In this document: positions 51,943 through 63,708 of the stretch, piece after piece
Layout: each line of letters begins with the position of its first letter
Position numbering within the stretch: the first letter of the stretch is position 1
Assembly: GCA_963770895.1 (NCBI GenBank)
Contig: CAVYRF010000002.1
Span: forward strand, 5,440,001-5,504,000
Origin: an uncultured Acidobacteriota bacterium
GTDB taxonomy: Bacteria; Acidobacteriota; Thermoanaerobaculia; Multivoradales; UBA5704
Direction: 5' to 3'
Length of the DNA stretch: 64,000 bases
The notes under the pieces: model-generated
The model's input: the letters and a program-made list of their open reading frames with translations, nothing else
What the model was told of the DNA's origin: nothing
Database searches by the model: none
Program-made: the position numbers and the translations under genes

Positions 51943-51982
51943 CCGGTATCCCGATCCCGATCCTGCCGGGTCGGGATACCGG
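51943..51982. terminator. Strong hairpin between convergent phyH and virJ genes
   Basis: CCGGTATCCCGATCC...GGGTCGGGATACCGG inverted repeat. Confidence 0.7.
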
Positions 51983-51992
51983 GCGGTGGCTC

Positions 51993-52841
51993 CTACCGCG
52001 GATGGTCGGAGGAGGCCGCGGGCGATGTCACCGCGGCGGCAGCCGCGGCCGGAGCGGTGGAGGAGGCGGCGGCCAGGCGGGCAAAGCTCTCCTTGAACTG
52101 CGGCATCCAGTTTTTGGGCACCGAGAAACCGTGCCCCACCTTGTGCAGCCAGACCAGCTCGCCGTGCGGCACCTGGTGGACGTACGTCCGGGTGTCGGCG
52201 GGCGTGCAGATCTGGTCGACGTCGCCCTGCATCGCGATCCAGGGCACCTCCAGCAGGTCGCTGGGCAGGAAATCGATGCCCTTGTGGTCGGGGTCCCGCT
52301 TCCACGCCAGACCGTTGCCCTTGCAGATCGGCATATTGACGATGAGGTCGGGGCAGAACCCCAGGCTGAGCGCGCCGCCGAAGGCGTGCGGCGGCGCCTG
52401 CACCAGGGCGGCGTAAACCAGGGTCGCGCCCGACGAGTAGCCCACCAGCAACGGCGGCCGGTGGCTCTTCCTGCCCAGCCGCTCTTCGACCGCCCTGCCC
52501 AGCGCCGCGAAGTCCTTGGCGGGATCGAAGCAGCTGTCGGGGGTCGCCCCTCCCACCACCGTCTTTACGTAGCGGGTGATGTCGACCCCGACCACCACCG
52601 CCCCCATCCCTGCCAGCTCGCGCGCCATGTCGACGACGCCCAGCTTCCAGCCGCCGTCGCCGGACACGAACAGCACCAGCGGCGCCGTGCGCCCGCCCGC
52701 CGTCCCCGACGTCCCCGGCGCGGGGTGGTACAGCGTCAACGGGCCGAACGGCGCCAGCGAGAACCGCTCCTCCAGGCCCGCGCCAAAACCGGCCGGCGCC
52801 AGCGCCAGCATCGCGAACAGCACCACCGCTGAACTCTTCAT
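51993..52841 (-). CDS. AcvB/VirJ-like alpha/beta hydrolase
   Basis: Signal peptide; LFVSGDGGW, VGYSSGA, QGDVD, GHGF. Confidence 0.82.
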   Translation of the reverse strand: MKSSAVVLFAMLALAPAGFGAGLEERFSLAPFGPLTLYHPAPGTSGTAGGRTAPLVLFVSGDGGWKLGVVDMARELAGMGAVVVGVDITRYVKTVVGGATPDSCFDPAKDFAALGRAVEERLGRKSHRPPLLVGYSSGATLVYAALVQAPPHAFGGALSLGFCPDLIVNMPICKGNGLAWKRDPDHKGIDFLPSDLLEVPWIAMQGDVDQICTPADTRTYVHQVPHGELVWLHKVGHGFSVPKNWMPQFKESFARLAAASSTAPAAAAAAVTSPAASSDHPR

Positions 52842-52994
52842 ACCTGCCACACCTCCATGCGCGGGGGTGTGCGACCTCCCGCCGGCCGCGCCCGGCTGCG
52901 AGCGCAGCAAGAAAGGGACCAGCGCTTCGCCGCAAGCGCCCAGCCCGCGCCAGCAGTCTATCGCCTGGAATGCCATCGGATTGTGGCATGGGTC

Positions 52995-53009
52995 TGGCAT
53001 ACTGATTGC
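52995..53009 (+). promoter_or_regulatory. Candidate sigma-54 promoter for mdtABC
   Basis: TGGCATACTGATTGC with exact -24/-12 spacing, ~135 nt upstream of mdtA. Confidence 0.55.
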
Positions 53010-53143
53010 CGTTCGACTACGAGCGCCATGGCCACGCCAGCACACGGAAGCGGAGCCACTACGATCCCCGCGCTGCCTTTGCGCAGCCGCCCCTGCCGGG
53101 ATGCAGCGGGCGGCTGGCGCTCCTCGTGAGGAAAGGATGAAAC

Positions 53144-54440
53144 ATGGCTGAAGACACGCCGCACCCGCCGGCTCACGGCGAAGCCACACCCGCCGCGCCA
53201 GCGGATGCGCATCGATCCTCGCCGTCGCGGCACCGCGTCTGGGTGTGGATCCTGGCTGTCGCCGCCGTCCTGGTGGTCATCATCCTGTTCGTCTACTGGC
53301 GCCACGCGGCGGCCAAGGCAAAGGCGGCGGCGGCGGCAAAGCGCAATGCCAACACGGCGGTGGCGATCACCACGGCGACGGCCACCAGGGGTGACATCGG
53401 CGTCTACATCGACTCGATCGGCACCGTCACGCCGTTGCAGACCGATTCCATCACCAGCCTGGTGAGCGGCCTGATCTTTTCCGTGCACTACCACGAAGGG
53501 CAGCTGGTCCACATCGGCGATCCGCTGGTCGACGATCGATCCGCGTCCCTACCGGGCGACGCTGCTGCAGGCGCAGGGGACGCTCGAAAAGGATGAGAAC
53601 GTGCTGGGGCAGGCGCGCATGGACCTGGTGCGCTACCGCGCCGCGCTGGCGCGCAACGCCATCGCCGAGCAGCAGGCGGCGGACCAGGAAAAGATCGTGC
53701 TGCAGGACGAAGGCGTGGTCAAAAACGACCAGGGCACCGTGCAGTACGACGAGCTGCAGGTCGCCAACTGCCATATCGTGGCGCCGATCAGCGGTCAGGT
53801 GGGCTTGCGGCTGGTCGACCCCGGCAACGTGGTGCAGGCCAACAGCACCGTCACCCTGGTGGTGATCACCCAGCTGCAGCCCATCACCGTGGTCTTCACG
53901 GTTTCGGAGGACGGCCTGGGGCCCGTGGCGACGCGCCTGCGCAGCCAGGCCAAGCTGGCGGTGGACGTGTTCGATCGCACGGCGCAGACCAAGATCGCGA
54001 GCGGCGTGCTGGTGGCGCTGGACAACCAGGTGGACACGACGACCGGCACGGTCAAGGGGCGCGCGCAATTTGACAACGCCAACCTGGCGCTCTTTCCCAA
54101 TCAATTCGTCAACACGCGGCTGCTGGTCGATACCATCCGCGGAGCGACGCTGGTGCCGACCTCGACCATCCAGCACAATGGCCAGGCGTCCTTCGTCTAC
54201 GTGATCCAGAACGGCACGGCGCTGATGAAGCCGGTCAAGCCGGGAGTCAACAACGGCGCCATCACCCAGGTCGAAGGTATCAACCCCGGCGACGTGCTGG
54301 CCAACAGCAACTTCGACAAGCTGCAGAACAACACCAAGGTCGCGGTGAGCAACCCGGCGGCACCCGGCGCCGCCGCTGCCGCTCCCGCCGCCGCTCCCGC
54401 CGTCAAGGCGAAGACCCCGCGCAGGAACCCGCTGCCGTGA
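53144..54440 (+). CDS. mdtA: RND periplasmic adaptor MdtA (frameshift at ~53530)
   Basis: N-terminal TM; GTVTP; EGQLV..GDPL; [18 protein letters not shown]; [10 protein letters not shown]; LFPNQFVN. Confidence 0.88.
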
Positions 54441-57400
54441 ACCCGTCGCGCCCGTTCATCGTCCGGCCGGTGGCAACGGCGTTGCTGATGGCCGCGATCT
54501 TTCTGGTCGGGGTGGTCGGCTACACCCAGCTGCCGGTGTCGGCGCTGCCCGAAGTCGACTATCCCACCATCCAGGTGGTGACGTTCTACCCCGGTGCCAG
54601 CCCGGACGTCATGGCCACCACGGTCACGGCGCCGCTGGAACGCCAGTTCGGCGAAATGCAGGGCCTCAGCCAGATGACGTCGACCAGCGCCGGCGGCACG
54701 TCGGTGGTGGTGCTGCAGTTCAACCTCACGCTCGACATCGACGTCGCCGAAGAAGAGGTGCAGTCGGCGATCAACGCTTCGCAAAGCGTGCTGCCGGCCA
54801 ACCTGCCGGCGCCGCCGGTCTACAGCAAGACCAACCCCGCCGACGCGCCGGTGCTGACCCTGGCCGTCACCTCGGCCACGGTGCCGCTGTCGCAGGTCGA
54901 GGACCTGGTGGACACCCGCCTGGCACCCAAGATCTCGCAGCTCAACGGCGTCGGCCTGGTCACCATCAGCGGCGGCCAGAAGCCGGCGGTGCGCATCCAG
55001 GCCAACCCCAGGGCGCTGTCGTCGTACGGCATCAACCTGGAGGACCTGCGCACGGCGTTGACCCAGGCGAGCGTCAACGCCGCCAAGGGCAACTTCGACG
55101 GCCCGCGCCAGGACTATCAGATCGATTCCAACGACCAGCTGGTCACCAGCGCCGACTATCGCAAGGTGGTGGTCGCCTACCGCAACGGCGCGCCGGTGAT
55201 GCTGAGCGACGTGGCGCGCATCGTCGACGGCGTGGAAAACAACGTCCAGGCGGCGTGGATGAACATGACGCCGGCGATCATCGTCAACGTGCAACGGCAG
55301 CCCGGTGCCAACACCATCAGCGTGGTCAGGACCATCAAGAACCTGCTGCCGCAGCTGCAGGTGAACCTGCCCAAGGGTATCGAGGTCACGACGCTGACCG
55401 ACCTGACCACGTCGATCCAGGCGTCGGTGACCGACGTCGAGCTCGACCTGTTCCTGACCGTGGCGCTGGTGGTCCTGATCATCTTCCTGTTTCTACGCAG
55501 CCTGCGCGCCACGATCATCCCCAGCATCGCCGTGCCGCTGTCGCTGGTCGGCACCCTGGCGGTGATGTACCTGCTGGGGTACAGCCTGGACAACCTGTCG
55601 CTGATGGCCCTGACCATCGCCACCGGCTTCGTCGTCGACGATGCGATCGTCATGATGGAGAACATCTCGCGCTACATGGAGAGGGCGAAAAGCCGATGGC
55701 CGCGGCGCTCAAGGGCGCGGAGCAGATCGGCTTCACCATCGTTTCGCTGACGGTGTCGCTGATCGCGGTGCTGATCCCGCTGCTCTTCATGGGCGACGTG
55801 GTGGGGCGGCTGTTCCGCGAGTTCGCGGTGACCCTGGCGGTGACGATCATCTTTTCGGCGATCGTGTCGCTGACCCTCACACCGATGATGAGCGCGCGCA
55901 TCCTGCGGCAGGAGTCGGAGGAGAAGCGCGGTCGCTTCTATCAGGCATCGGAACGCGTCTTCAATCGTCTGATCGACTTCTACGGCCGCACGCTCAAGTT
56001 CGTCCTGGGCTACCAGACGGTGACGCTGCTGATCGCGCTGGCGACGCTCATCCTTACCGTCATTCTCTACATCGTGATCCCCAAGGGGTTCTTCCCGGTG
56101 CAGGACACCGGCGTCATCCAGGGTATTTCCCAGGCGCCGCAGGACATCGGCGCCAAGGCCATGGCCGCCAGGCAGCAGGAGGTGGCGAAGATCGTGCTGG
56201 CCGACCCGGCCGTCGCCAGCCTGTCGTCGTTCATCGGCGCCGACGGCACCAATACCACCACCAACAGCGGCAGGATGTCGATCAACCTCAAGCCGCTCGA
56301 CCAGCGCGACCTGAGCGCCGCGGACGTGGTGCGCAGGCTCAAGGGCTCGCTCAGCCAGGTGCAGGGCATCGAGCTGTTCATGGAGCCGGTGCAGAACATC
56401 ACGGTCGACGACCGCGTGAGCCGCACCCAGTACCAGTACACGCTGGAAGACCCCGACGTCAACGAGCTCAACGATTGGACCAACCGGTTCGTCGCCAAGC
56501 TCAAGGAGCTGCCCGACCTGGAAGACGTCGCGACCGACCAGCAGACCGGCGGCCTGGCCGTGTCGCTGGTGATCGACCGGGTGAGCGCCTCGCGTCTGGG
56601 CATCGCGCCGGCGACGATGGACAACACGCTGTACGACGCCTTCGGCCAGCGCCAGATCAACACCATGTACACCCAGGTCAACCAGTACCACGTGATCCTG
56701 GAAAGCGATCCCAAGTTCCAGCAGGACCCGAGCAGCCTCAACAACCTTTACATCCAGGCCAACGCTTCGGCCGGGACGAGCGGCGCCGCCGCCTCGTCGT
56801 CGTTTTCCGCCTCCGCGTCGGCCTCGGCCGGTTCGAACGCGTTGACCGGGTCGGCGCTGTACACGCCGTCGGCCACCACGCTGTCGCCGCCCAACGGCGC
56901 GCTGGCCGCGGCCGGCGGGGGCGCTGCCACCACCAGCCGCGGCGTGACGTCGGCCGGCAGCACCAGCTCGGTGATGAGCAACGCCGTGCCGCTCAGCGCC
57001 TTCTCGCACTTTGTGCGGACCACCGAGCCGCTGGCCATCACCCACCAGGGGCAGTTCCCGGCGATCACGGTGTCCTTCAACCTGGCCGCGGACGCGTCGC
57101 TGGGCTCCGCCATTTCGGAGGTCAACCGGGTGCAGCGGGAGCTGCAAATGCCGCCCAGCGTCCAGGCCAGCTTTCAGGGCACCGCGGCATCGTTCACCAA
57201 TTCGCTGACCAACGAACCGCTGCTGATCCTGGCGGCGCTGGTTGCGGTGTACATCGTGCTGGGCATCCTGTACGAAAGCTTCATCCACCCCATCACCATC
57301 CTGTCGACGCTGCCCTCGGCGGGCGTCGGGGCGCTGCTGGCGCTGATGCTGTTCCGCCAGGACCTCAACGTGGTGGCGCTGATCGGCATCATCCTGCTGA

Positions 57401-57867
57401 TCGGCATCGTCAAGAAAAACGGCATCATGATGGTCGACTTCGCCCTGGACGCCGAGCGCAACCAGGGCAAGAGCCCGACCGACGCGATGTACGAGTCGTG
57501 CCTGCTGCGCTTCCGCCCCATCATGATGACTACCATGGCGGCGCTGCTGGCCGGCATCCCGCTGGCCTTCGGCAGCGGCGTGGGGTCCGAGCTGCGCAAG
57601 CCCCTGGGCATCGCGATGGTGGGCGGCCTGCTGCTGAGCCAGGTGCTGACGCTGTATACGACGCCGGTGATCTACATCTTCTTCGACACCCTGGCGCAGC
57701 GCTTCGGCCACGGCAAGGAGCGCGACCGCGACAGGGACAGGGAAGGGGAGGGCGGCTCCAGCCAGGATGGTGAGGCGCGGAAGGGGGCCGACGGGCGGGC
57801 GCGCAGCGACCGCGCAAACGATCGGCGCGGCGGAGCGGGGGAGCCGCAGCCGGCAGGGCAATCGTGA
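54437..57867 (+). CDS. mdtB: RND transporter MdtB (frameshift at ~55680)
   Basis: [54 protein letters not shown]. Confidence 0.9.
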
Positions 57868-60800
57868 ACATCAGCGCACCCTTCATTCATCGGCCGGTCG
57901 CCACGACGCTGCTGACGGTGGCGATCGCGCTGACCGGCGTCGTCGCATTTCTGGTGCTGCCGGTATCGCCCCTGCCGCAGGTGGATTTTCCGACCATCTC
58001 GGTCAGCTCCTCGCTGCCGGGCGGCAGCGCCGAGATCATGGCCTCGTCGGTCGCCACCCCCCTGGAGCGGCAGTTCGGCGCACATCGCCGGGGTGACCGA
58101 GATGACGTCGGCCAGCTCGCTGGGCAGCACCTCGATCACCATCCAGTTCGACCTCAGCCGCGACATCAACGGCGCGGCGCGCGACGTGGAGGCGGCGATC
58201 AACGGCGCGCGAGCCTACCTGCCGGCCAACCTGCCGTCCAATCCGACCTATCGCAAGGTCAATCCGGCGGACGCGCCGATCATGATCCTGGGCCTGACGT
58301 CCGACAAATACGGCCCGGACAAGCTGTACGACGTCGCCTCTACGGTCATGCAGCAGAAGCTGTCGCAGCTGCAGGGCGTCGGCCAGGTGAACGTCGGCGG
58401 CGGCGCCCTGCCCTCGGTGCGCGTCGACGCCAATCCGACGCAGCTGGCCCACTACGGCCTCACCATCGCCAACCTGCAATCGGCGCTGTCGCTGCAAAAC
58501 GCCGACCTGCCGAAGGGGCAGATCTCCGACGGTATCGTCACCGCCGACATCCTGGCCAACGACCAGATCTCGCACGCCGCGGATTACAAGCCGCTGGTCG
58601 TCGGCTACACCAACGGCGCCGCGGTGCGCCTGGCGGACGTCGCCCAGGTGACCGACTCGGTGCAGAACATCCGCGCCGCCGGGTATCTGAACGGCAAGCG
58701 GGCGGTGACGCTGATCATCTTCCGCCAGCCGGGCGCCAACATCATCCAGACGGTCGACACCATCCGCGCGGCGCTGCCTTCGATCAAGGCGTCGATCCCG
58801 TTTGGCATCGACGTCACCATGGTGCTGGATCGCACCACCACCATCCGCGCTTCGATCGTCGACGTCGAACGCACGCTGATCATCTCGATCGTGCTGGTGA
58901 TCGTGGTGGTGTTCCTGTTCCTGCGCAACGGCCGCGCCACGCTCATCCCCGGCGTCGCGATGCCGGTGTCGCTGATCGGCACCTTTGCCGTGATGTATCT
59001 CTTCGGCTACAGCATCGACAACCTGTCGCTGATGGCGCTCACCATCGCCACCGGCTTCGTGGTCGACGACGCCATCGTGGTGATGGAGAACGTCTCGCGC
59101 CACCTGGAAGCCGGCATGAAGCCGTTCGCGGCGGCGCTCAAGGGCGCCCAGGAGATCGGCTTCACGGTGCTGTCGATCAGCATCTCGCTGGTGGCCGTGT
59201 TCATCCCGCTGCTGCTGATGGGCGGCATCGTCGGGCGGCTGTTCCGCGAGTTCGCGGTGACGCTGTCGACCGCCATCGTGGTGTCGATGTTCATCACCCT
59301 GACCACGACGCCGATGATGTGCGCCTACCTGCTGCGCAGCGAGCGCGAGCGTCAAGCACGGGCGTCTCTACCGGGCGAGCGAAAAGGCTTTCGATTGGAT
59401 GCTGTCGGTGTATCGCCGCAGCCTGCACTGGGTGCTGGACAATCCGGGCCTGACCCTGGTGGTGCTGGTGCTCACCATCGCGGTCAACGTCTGGCTGGTG
59501 ATCAAGATCCCCAAGGGATTCTTCCCCGAGCAGGATACCGGCGCGATCACCGGCGCGGTGCGCGGGCCGCAGGACTCTTCGTTCCCGGTGATGAACGACT
59601 CGCCGCCCAGCAGATCGTCGGCGTGATCAAGGCGGACAAGGCGGTGCAAAACGTGATCGCCTTCACCGGCGGCCAGCGGCGCCACCAACACCGGCTTCAT
59701 CTACATCGCGCTCAAGCCGCTGTCGGTGCGCAAGGTCAGCGCCGCGCAGATCATCGCCCGCCTGCGGCCGCAAATTGAACGCCTCGCCGGCGGCCTCCGC
59801 CTTCCTGCAGGCGGCGCAGGACCTGCGCATCGGCGGCGCGGTCCAGCAACGCCATGTACCAATACACCCTGCAGTCCGACAACGTGCAGGATCTGACCAA
59901 GTGGGGACCGATCGCTGCTGGCGCAGATGAAGAAGCTGCCGGGGATGCAGGACGTCAGCTCCGACCAGCAGAACGGCGGCCTCGACGAGATGCTGACGTT
60001 CGACCGGGTCACCGCCGCCAAGCTGGGGCAGACCACGCAGTCGCTGGATGCGGCGCTGTACAGCGCCTTCGGCCAATCCGAAGTGTCGGTCATCTACACC
60101 CAGCTCAACCAGTATTACGTCGTGCTGGAGGTGGCGCCGCAGTACTGGCAGAGCCCGGAAGGGCTCAAGTCGCATCTACCTGCACAGTCCCGGCGGCGGC
60201 ATGATCCCGCTGCTCGCGGTCGCCAAGAGCCAGGTCAGCAACGTCGCTCTGGCGATCAACCATACGGGGCTGTTCCCCATCGGTCACCACGTCCTTCAAT
60301 CTGGCGCCGAACGTATCGCTGAGCGATGCCACCAAGAGCATCAACCAGATGCAGACCCGCCTGGGCACCCCCGCGACGATGCACGGGTTCTTCGCCGGCA
60401 CGCTGCTGGCCTACCAGCAGTCGCTGAGCAGCGAACCGATGCTGGTCCTGGCGGCCCTGCTGTCCGTCTACATCGTGCTGGGCATCCTGTACGAAAGCCT
60501 GGTCCACCCGCTGACGATCATCTCCAGCCTGCCGCCGGCCAGCGTCGGCGCGATGCTGGCGCTGATGCTTTTGGGCGAGGACCTCAACGTCATCTCGATC
60601 ATCGGCATCGTGCTGCTGATCGGCATCGTCAAGAAAAACGCCATCATGATGATCGACTTCGCCCTGGCAGGCCGAGCGCGACGAGGGCAAGAGCACCGAG
60701 GACTCCATCTTCGAAGCCTGCATGCTGCGCTTCCGCCCCATCCTGATGACCACCATGGCCGCCTTGTTCGGCGCCGTGCCGCTCGCCTTCGGCACCGGCA

Positions 60801-61009
60801 CCGGCTCGGAGCTGCGCCGCCCGCTGGGCATCACCATCATCGGCGGCCTGATCATGAGCCAGCTGCTGACGCTCTACACGACGCCCGTCGTCTACCTGAC
60901 CTTCGACCGCCTCCGCCTGCGCATGCAAAAGCGGCGGCGCCTGGCCAAGGGCGGCCGCCGCGCGCCGGCGGCGTCTGGAGCCAGCGGCGCAAGCGGCGCC
61001 AGCGCGTAA
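57864..61009 (+). CDS. mdtC: RND transporter MdtC (many frameshifts; sequencing error or pseudogene)
   Basis: [64 protein letters not shown], spread over several frames. Confidence 0.85.
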
Positions 61010-61109
61010 CCGGCCCGCCGGGTGCCGCGAGGCTTGCGGCGGCCCTGGCCGGCGGGGGACAATGCGGCATCGTCCCTGAGCGTGGTCGAGGCGGTACGGC
61101 CGTGGCGGT

Positions 61110-62465
61110 ATGATCGAGACCCTTCCCCAACAGAAGAGCCTTCCCCACAGCGAGGAATCCGAACGGGCGGTGCTCGGCGGCATTCTGCTCGACTCCGGGG
61201 TGCTGCCGACCATCTCGGGGCGGCTGCGCCCCGACGATTTCTACCTGGACCGGCACCGGGTGCTGTACCAGGCGATGCTCGACCTGCAGGACGCGCGGGT
61301 GACGATCGACCTGCGCACCGTGCAGGCGAAGCTGGAGCAGCAGGGCAGCTTCGACGAGATCGGCGGCCTGGCCTACATGGCGGGCCTGGACCTGGACCTG
61401 CCGGATCTGGGGCGGATCGACGCCTACGTCGAGATCGTCAAGGAGCGGTCGGTGCGCCGGCGGCTCATCCAGGCGTCGGGGCAGATCATCCGCGACTGCC
61501 TGGACGGCGGGCTCGACGCGCGCGACGCGCTGGGGCGCGCCGAGCAGGCCGTGCTCGGTCTGGGGGAAGAGGCGGTGCAGCGCGGCTTCGTGTCGCTCGG
61601 CCACGTCTTCCACGAAACGCTGGAAAACCTGGAGGAGCGGCCGGGCAGCCTGCTGACCGGCGTGCCCACCGGGTTCATCGACCTGGACCGCATCAGCCAC
61701 GGGCTGCACCGCGGCAACCTGGTCATCATCGCCGGCCGGCCCGGCATGGGCAAGACCAGCTTCGCCCTCAACATCGCCCAGCACGTGGCGATCCGCGAGC
61801 GCCACACGGTGGGGATCTTCTCGCTGGAGATGGGGCAGCAGGAGCTCGCCCTGCGCATCCTCTGCTCCGAAGCCGACATCTCCTTCGGCCGCCTGCGCGG
61901 CGGCCGGGTGGCGCAGAAGGAGTGGACGCGCATCGTGCAGACGGTGCGCGCCAACAACGAATCGCCGCTGTTCATCGACGACTCGGCCAACCCGTCGCTG
62001 CTGGAGGTGGCCTCCAAGGCGCGCCGCCTGAAGGCCGAAAAGGGGTTGGCGCTGCTCATCCTGGACTACCTGCAGCTGATGCAGGCCGGCGGCAAGTACG
62101 AAAACCGCAACCTGGAGATCGCCGCCATCAGCCGCGGCTTGAAGCAGCTCGCCAAGGAGCTGGACATCCCGGTCATCGCGCTGTCGCAGCTCTCCCGCCA
62201 GCCCGAGCGGCGAGGCAGCGACCACCGGCCGCAGCTTGCCGACCTGCGCGAAAGCGGCTCTATCGAACAGGACGCCGACCTGGTGGCCTTCATCTACCGC
62301 GACGAGGTGTACAACCCCACCGACGACAACAAGGGCCTGGCCGAGCTGATCATCGCCAAGCACCGCAACGGCGAGACCGGCACCATCGAGCTGGTCTTCC
62401 TGGGCGACACCACCAGCTTCCGCAACCTCGATCGCCACGGCGCCGCGCCGTCGGCGCCCTTCTGA
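61110..62465 (+). CDS. dnaB: Replicative DNA helicase DnaB
   Basis: PHSEESERAVLG, GRPGMGKT, FSLEM, DYLQL, LSQLSR, DLRESGSIEQDAD, KHRNG. Confidence 0.97.
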   Translation: MIETLPQQKSLPHSEESERAVLGGILLDSGVLPTISGRLRPDDFYLDRHRVLYQAMLDLQDARVTIDLRTVQAKLEQQGSFDEIGGLAYMAGLDLDLPDLGRIDAYVEIVKERSVRRRLIQASGQIIRDCLDGGLDARDALGRAEQAVLGLGEEAVQRGFVSLGHVFHETLENLEERPGSLLTGVPTGFIDLDRISHGLHRGNLVIIAGRPGMGKTSFALNIAQHVAIRERHTVGIFSLEMGQQELALRILCSEADISFGRLRGGRVAQKEWTRIVQTVRANNESPLFIDDSANPSLLEVASKARRLKAEKGLALLILDYLQLMQAGGKYENRNLEIAAISRGLKQLAKELDIPVIALSQLSRQPERRGSDHRPQLADLRESGSIEQDADLVAFIYRDEVYNPTDDNKGLAELIIAKHRNGETGTIELVFLGDTTSFRNLDRHGAAPSAPF

Positions 62466-62520
62466 GCCCGGCGCGGCGGCGCCGGTCGATCGACCGGGCC
62501 GGCTGCGATCCGGCCCCCAT

Positions 62521-62710
62521 CCCCTTCGATTTGGCCTCCCTCCCCTTCGATTCGGCACCCCTCCCCCTTCGGTTCGGCCTTCCCCTCCCCTTCGATTTGG
62601 CCCCCCCCTTCGGTTGGCCTTCCCCTCCCCTTCGATTTGGCCCCCCCTTCGGTTCGGCCTTCCCCTCCCCTTCGATTTGGCCCCCCCTTCGGTTCGGCCT
62701 TCCCCTCCCC
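62521..62710. repeat. C-rich tandem repeat: nine copies of a CCCCTTCGRTTYGGC-like core, with three 40-bp higher-order units
   Basis: Units 62581-62620, 62621-62660 and 62661-62700; the last two are identical. Confidence 0.9.
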
Positions 62711-62729
62711 CCGCCGGCACTTGGTGGAC

Positions 62730-62758
62730 TTGGAAACTGTTTACGAGTGAAGTACTCT
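62730..62758 (+). promoter_or_regulatory. Candidate sigma-70 promoter for mlaE-mlaF
   Basis: TTGGAA-N17-TACTCT. Confidence 0.4.
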
Positions 62759-62854
62759 CGCGGGGTAGGCAGCATCACAGCCGGCGGGGCTCCTGCGTGG
62801 GCACGCCAAGTGCATCCAACTTGCGCGTCGATTCGCGGCAGGAGAGCGCAGACG

Positions 62855-63655
62855 GTGGAGGCCCGGGTAGCCAGAGGTGGCGGTGCAGGCTTGGCGGGGT
62901 GGTTCCTGCCCGGGCCGGTGCAGCGCTTCGCCGTGCAGATGGGGCGGTTCGTGCAGATGCTGGGGCGGGTTTTCGCCTGGACGCCGCGGCCGCCCTACGA
63001 CGTGCGCGAGCTGCTGCGCCAGATGGTGCGGATCGGCGTGTCGTCGACGCCGGTGGTGCTGCTGACGGCACTTTTTACCGGCATGGTCCTGGCCCTGCAG
63101 ACGTTCACGGTGCTCAAGCGCTTCAATGCGGAGAGCTATGTCGGGTCGCTGGTGGCGCTGTCGATGGTGCGCGAGCTGGCGGCCGTGCTGTCCAGCCTGA
63201 TCGTCGCCGGGCGCGCCGGCTCGGCGATGGGGGCCGAGCTGGGCACCATGCGGGTGACCGAGCAGATCGACGCGCTGGAGGTGATGGCGACCGACCCGGT
63301 GCAGTACCTGGTGGTGCCGCGGGTGTGGGCCACCACCCTGACGCTGCCGCTGCTGGTGGTGCTGGCGGACGGCGTGGGCATCGCCGGCGGCTATCTGGTG
63401 TCGGTGGTGCTGATGGGGGCCAACCCGGTCAGCTACGTCAATACGTCGTTCCAGTTCATGGAGATCAAGGACCTGATGTCGGGGCTGATCAAGGCCGCGG
63501 CGTTCGGCATGCTGCTGGCGACGATCGGCTGCCAGCAGGGATTCCACACGACCGGCGGCGCCGAGGGCGTCGGCCGCTCGACCACATCGGCGGTGGTTTT
63601 GGCCAGCATCGCCATCCTGATCGCCGACTTCTTCCTGACCAAGCTGCTGTTCTAG
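62855..63655 (+). CDS. mlaE: MlaE-family ABC permease
   Basis: RELAAVL, AGRAGSAMGAELGTMRVTEQIDALEVM, GGAEGVGRSTT. Confidence 0.92.
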   Translation: MEARVARGGGAGLAGWFLPGPVQRFAVQMGRFVQMLGRVFAWTPRPPYDVRELLRQMVRIGVSSTPVVLLTALFTGMVLALQTFTVLKRFNAESYVGSLVALSMVRELAAVLSSLIVAGRAGSAMGAELGTMRVTEQIDALEVMATDPVQYLVVPRVWATTLTLPLLVVLADGVGIAGGYLVSVVLMGANPVSYVNTSFQFMEIKDLMSGLIKAAAFGMLLATIGCQQGFHTTGGAEGVGRSTTSAVVLASIAILIADFFLTKLLF

Positions 63656-63708
63656 GGCGCACCCCGCGACCTCGCCGCCACCGTCCGTCCGCCAGCCAGC
63701 CAGCCGCC

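Noticed and set aside
4304-57861. Many long antisense or alternate-frame ORFs (e.g. 4304-6460, 15666-18287, 34421-36892, 43202-46198, 55672-57861)
   Set aside because: They overlap well-supported genes, are Arg/Ala/Pro-rich and have no motifs; typical high-GC shadows
61110-62465. Intein or phage origin for dnaB
   Set aside because: Normal length (451 aa), contiguous motifs, and no phage genes nearby
62521-62710. CRISPR array
   Set aside because: No unique spacers (only C runs between cores) and no cas genes
61022-63655. 877-aa ORF overlapping dnaB and fused to mlaE
   Set aside because: Stop-free shadow frame in high-GC DNA; only the last ~266 aa are MlaE
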